Origin: Azolla caroliniana
Taxonomy: Eukaryota; Plantae; Polypodiophyta
Direction: 5' to 3'
Length of the DNA stretch: 64,000 nt
Assembly: GCA_043228905.1 (NCBI GenBank)
Contig: JBHGNT010000007.1
Coordinates: forward strand, 13,950,001 to 14,014,000
A program made the translations under genes and the position numbers. How positions within the stretch are numbered: position 1 is the stretch's first letter; each line of letters begins with the position of its first letter. Shown piece after piece: positions 60,701 through 64,000 of this stretch. Under the pieces are notes generated by a model, which saw nothing but the letters and a program-made list of their open reading frames with translations, ran no database searches and was not told the DNA's origin.

Positions 60701-61814
60701 GGGTTGAAGCAGGCCCCCCGGCAATGGTACCGGAAGTTCGACTCCTTCATGACCGATCAAGGGTACCACAAGACACAGGCCAATCACTGTGTTTGTGAAG
60801 CAGCTCGAAGGAGGCGACTTCCTAATACTCCTTCTATACGTGGATGACATGTTGATCGTCAGACGGGACCAAGTCAAAATACGGATGCTGAAGAAGGCTC
60901 TCAACCGGACCTTCTCAATGAAAGACTTGGGTCCAGCAAGACAGATGTTGGGGATGCACATCATTCGGGACCGGTCAGTGAAGCAATTATGGCTGTCACA
61001 GGAGAAGTATGTGACAAAGGTGCTTCACTAGCTCAACATGTCAGAGGCGAAACCGGTCGGATCGACACTTTCGGCAAACTGCAGGCTATCCGGTAAGCAA
61101 AGCCCGAAGACGAAAGCAGAGAAGGAGAATATGATGAAGATTTCATATGCCTCTGCCGTTGGGAGCTTGATGTACGCAATGGTGTGTACCCGATCGGATA
61201 TAGGATACGCAGTCGGAGTGTTGAGATGATTTATGAGCAATCCCGACAAGGAGCACTAGAACGCGGTCAAATGGATACTCCGGTATTTGAAGGGCACTTC
61301 AAATATGTGTCTCCGATTCGGCTCCGGAAAGCATCAACTAGACGGTTTCACCGATTCGGACATGTCGGCTTATGTGGATACCAGCCGGTCTACATCCGGG
61401 TATGTAATGACATATGCAGGGGGAGCTGTTTTGTGGCAATCGAGGCTGCAGAAGACGGTTGCATTGTCAACCACAGAGGCGGAGTACATGGCAGCTGTGG
61501 AAGCCGGCAAGGAAATCTTGTGGATGAAGGACTTCATCGGAGAACTCGGTATCCGGCAAGATGAATACCGACTCTATTGCGACAGTCAAAGTGCCATCCA
61601 CCTTGCTAAGAATGCGACCTACCATTCCCGGACGAAGCATATCCAGCAGAGATATCACTGGATCCGGGAAAGAGTAGATGACCAGGAGTTCGTGCTGACG
61701 AAGATCCACACGACCGAGAATGGGTCAGATATGCTGACCAAGGTTCTGATACCCCACAAGCTGGATGCAGGCCGAAAGCGAATAAGACTAATCAAACACC
61801 CCATGCCGGAGTGA
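57754..61814 (+). pseudogene. Copia Gag-Pol (Gag, zinc knuckle, PR, INT, RT, RNase H) with stops and frameshifts after 59980
   Basis: CFYCGKPGHFQKTC, VVDSGASFH, LWHKRLCH, ADNGGEY, YKARIV, SLYGLKQAPR, LYVDDML, STTEAEY, RTKHI. Confidence 0.93.
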
Positions 61815-61824
61815 AGGGGCAGTT

Positions 61825-62502
61825 TGTTGGGAGATAGGTCCCTCCGGATGGGAAGGGAGAAGAATAGTGCCGAAACCGGATGAGGAGTACCCGGCTACGG
61901 AGAGCCGGATGGTGCAGGCCCGGTGTGAACCGGATGAGAAGTACCCGGCTACGGAGAGCCGGATGGTGCAGGCCCGGTGTGAACCGGATGAGAAGCACCC
62001 GGCTACGGAGAGCCGTATGACACAGACCCGGTGCGAACTAGAGGAAGAGACATATTCGTAAATATGTTTCGAAGAGCCCATCGAGGCTACATTTTTAAAT
62101 AGCCGAAAAGTCATATTAGTATAAATATGACTTAGGGAAAACCTTCTTCAGTTAGTAGTTGTCATTTTCTTGTTGGAGAAAGAAGAAGAGACAGTACGTA
62201 ACGTTGTACAGAGAGAGAGAGAGAAAGAGGTCGCTGCCTCTGTTGTAACTGCCACCTGTGGCGAAGATCGTGAGTCCGAGGTCGTTGCCTCCGTGAACTC
62301 ACTGTTTTTTGTACATTCTTACATAGTGACAGTTTGCAGCCTGTGGGCTGCCGTGGTTTTTCCCCTAGTTTGGGGTTTTCCACGTAAACCTCTTGTGTAT
62401 CTTCCTCTTCTTTGTGTCGTGTTCTATTTCCCGTTTTCTGTGTATCATTCTAAGCTCGGTTATGGCCGAGCGTTGCACATAAGGAACGACCAGTTCCCAT
62501 CA
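61825..62502 (+). repeat. 3' LTR with three 54-bp tandem units
   Basis: Homologous to the 5' LTR; units at 61880, 61934 and 61988. Confidence 0.92.
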
Positions 62503-64000
62503 CATCCCATATGCGTTTACATGTACACATCGAACCTCCAACTAGAACTTGGCGATTTCACGGAAAAAGGGATCTGGGATCTCCTTCGTTCTATATGCCT
62601 TGGCGAATGATGAATATGGACCGAAATATCTATGCAGGGATTCCGCAGGAGGGATTTCGAAATGCCTTTCACCCAATGATGAGAAGTCCAATTTTTTCCG
62701 GATGGATGACTTGGTGACCGTGTTGATGTTGAGCTTCCTAGCGATGTCTAGTGCGTCAGCGTGTGGAGGTGCCTCAGGGACTCTGATGTACCCATCCAAG
62801 CGTTTCTCCACAAGCCATTGATGCAAGGCGATAGAGATGGATATCGGCATAGTCGGAATAGACTCGTGGCTAATGGGTGAAGACTGTTGGCTGCGGTGAG
62901 CTTGAGCTCTGTGATAGGATGGAGAAGAGGGTGCGGGAGGGGAGCGATGAGAGCGATGAGAGTTAGAAGGTTGATTTCTGTATTGTAAAAAAAACCTTTT
63001 ATTTCCTTCTTTTTATGGACTAGGGCTCATTGGTCGGTGAGCCATCGTGGTGCCGTGTGTTCTTGGCCTAGAAGTCTGTGCATGCCTTAAGTCCTTTTAA
63101 TAGCATCGCTATCTTCTGCTTTTCCTTTTTTCTTTTTTCTTTTTTCTTTTTTTTCGTAATGGTTACATACAATACTATTTTTACACTATAATACAAGTGG
63201 GGCCGTCTACTTACTCCACGGATTCTCCGGCTTTGTCTTGTCCGGCGGGGAACAGGTTAGGTGGCGTAGGTCCCAGATAAGGTTTAAGGCGAAACCCATT
63301 TACTTTTTGTTGTAACACTTTCCCGGCCAACGTGCCCAATTGAAACATGCCTTGTTCGGCTCCTACTATCCAGTATGAACCTGTCCAGCAGAATCTTAAT
63401 TTTCCTGGCATATGCCCCATGCGTGTTTGGAAAACTAATACCACTTTTCCCACCGTAAAATCTTTTTCACGTGCATGCCGGTGTAGGTCCACGAATGCTT
63501 TGCGCCGCCGTTGTTCCTGCTCTAATATGGCCATACTATGTAACCTTGTTTCTCCTAGCTCTAGTAGTTGTTGTAGTTGTACTTGTTCGTATTTGCCCTT
63601 TGATAGCTGGGCTCGTACTTGAATCCGCAGACTGGGTACCTGGAATTCGACTAGCATCACGGCCTCCAGACCAAATGCTAGCCTAAACGATGTTGATTGT
63701 ATGTTGGTCTTATAGTTGGTACGGTATGCCCATAACGCGCTATGCAACTTGGTGTCCCAATCCGTCCTGTTCTCATTTACTATCTTTTTTAGGATAGTTT
63801 GGAGGGTTTTGTTCGTGGATTCCGCCAAGCCATTTGCCTGCGGGTAATACGACGTACTTTTTTTGTGCACCACAACGTAATGTTGGGTCAGTTCGCTGAT
63901 GACCGTATTCAAAAAGTGACTCCCTTGGTCACTAATGAGCTCGATAGGGCGGCCGAAACAACACCATATGTGTTCGTAAAGGAATTTCGTTGTGACAGTC
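62503..64000 (-). mobile_element. Third Athila-like subfamily: integrase C-terminus (63211-64000), A-rich spacer and start of the extra ORF (from ~62870), which continues past the copia insertion at 56805-~56671
   Basis: SDQGSHF, NGLAESTN, WTGSY; WLVEKRLDGY..EAPPH..YFGPYS..KAYRT..DPFFREIA; across the TSD it continues GMPKQKAGIIIDTFEG..DWG. Confidence 0.88.

Larger units (their letters stand above)
56806..62502 (+). mobile_element. Full-length Ty1/copia element (Tnt1/Tork-like), coding region degenerate
   Basis: LTRs 56806-57724 and 61825-62502; TSD CATCC at 56801-56805 and 62503-62507; PBS TGGTATCAGAG 57727-57737; PPT GAGTGAAGGGGCAG 61809-61822. Confidence 0.95.

Overview
Eukaryotic plant nuclear DNA, most likely from a non-seed land plant (fern, lycophyte or bryophyte type, judged from the retroelement lineages). 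A central gene island (about 20.9-34.9 kb) holds two spliced + strand genes: a complete 14-exon nucleobase-ascorbate transporter (NAT, 525 aa) and a glucose-6-phosphate 1-epimerase-family gene whose two catalytic residues appear substituted. Both flanks are nested retroelements: an APE-type LINE, a 5'-inverted L1, Athila-like Ty3/gypsy elements with an extra 3' ORF, a young tRNA-Trp-primed gag-only LTR element, a Tcn1-like chromovirus and several Ty1/copia elements. Two signals stand out, both involving tRNA mimicry. (1) In two diverged Athila-like copies the position normally held by the polypurine tract carries a sense-strand copy of a tRNA-Arg-like 3' end, 2 nt from the LTR. (2) Three different LTR families carry an antisense, outward-pointing tRNA-like A-box/B-box cassette near the U3 end. 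All calls were made by eye; no searches were run.
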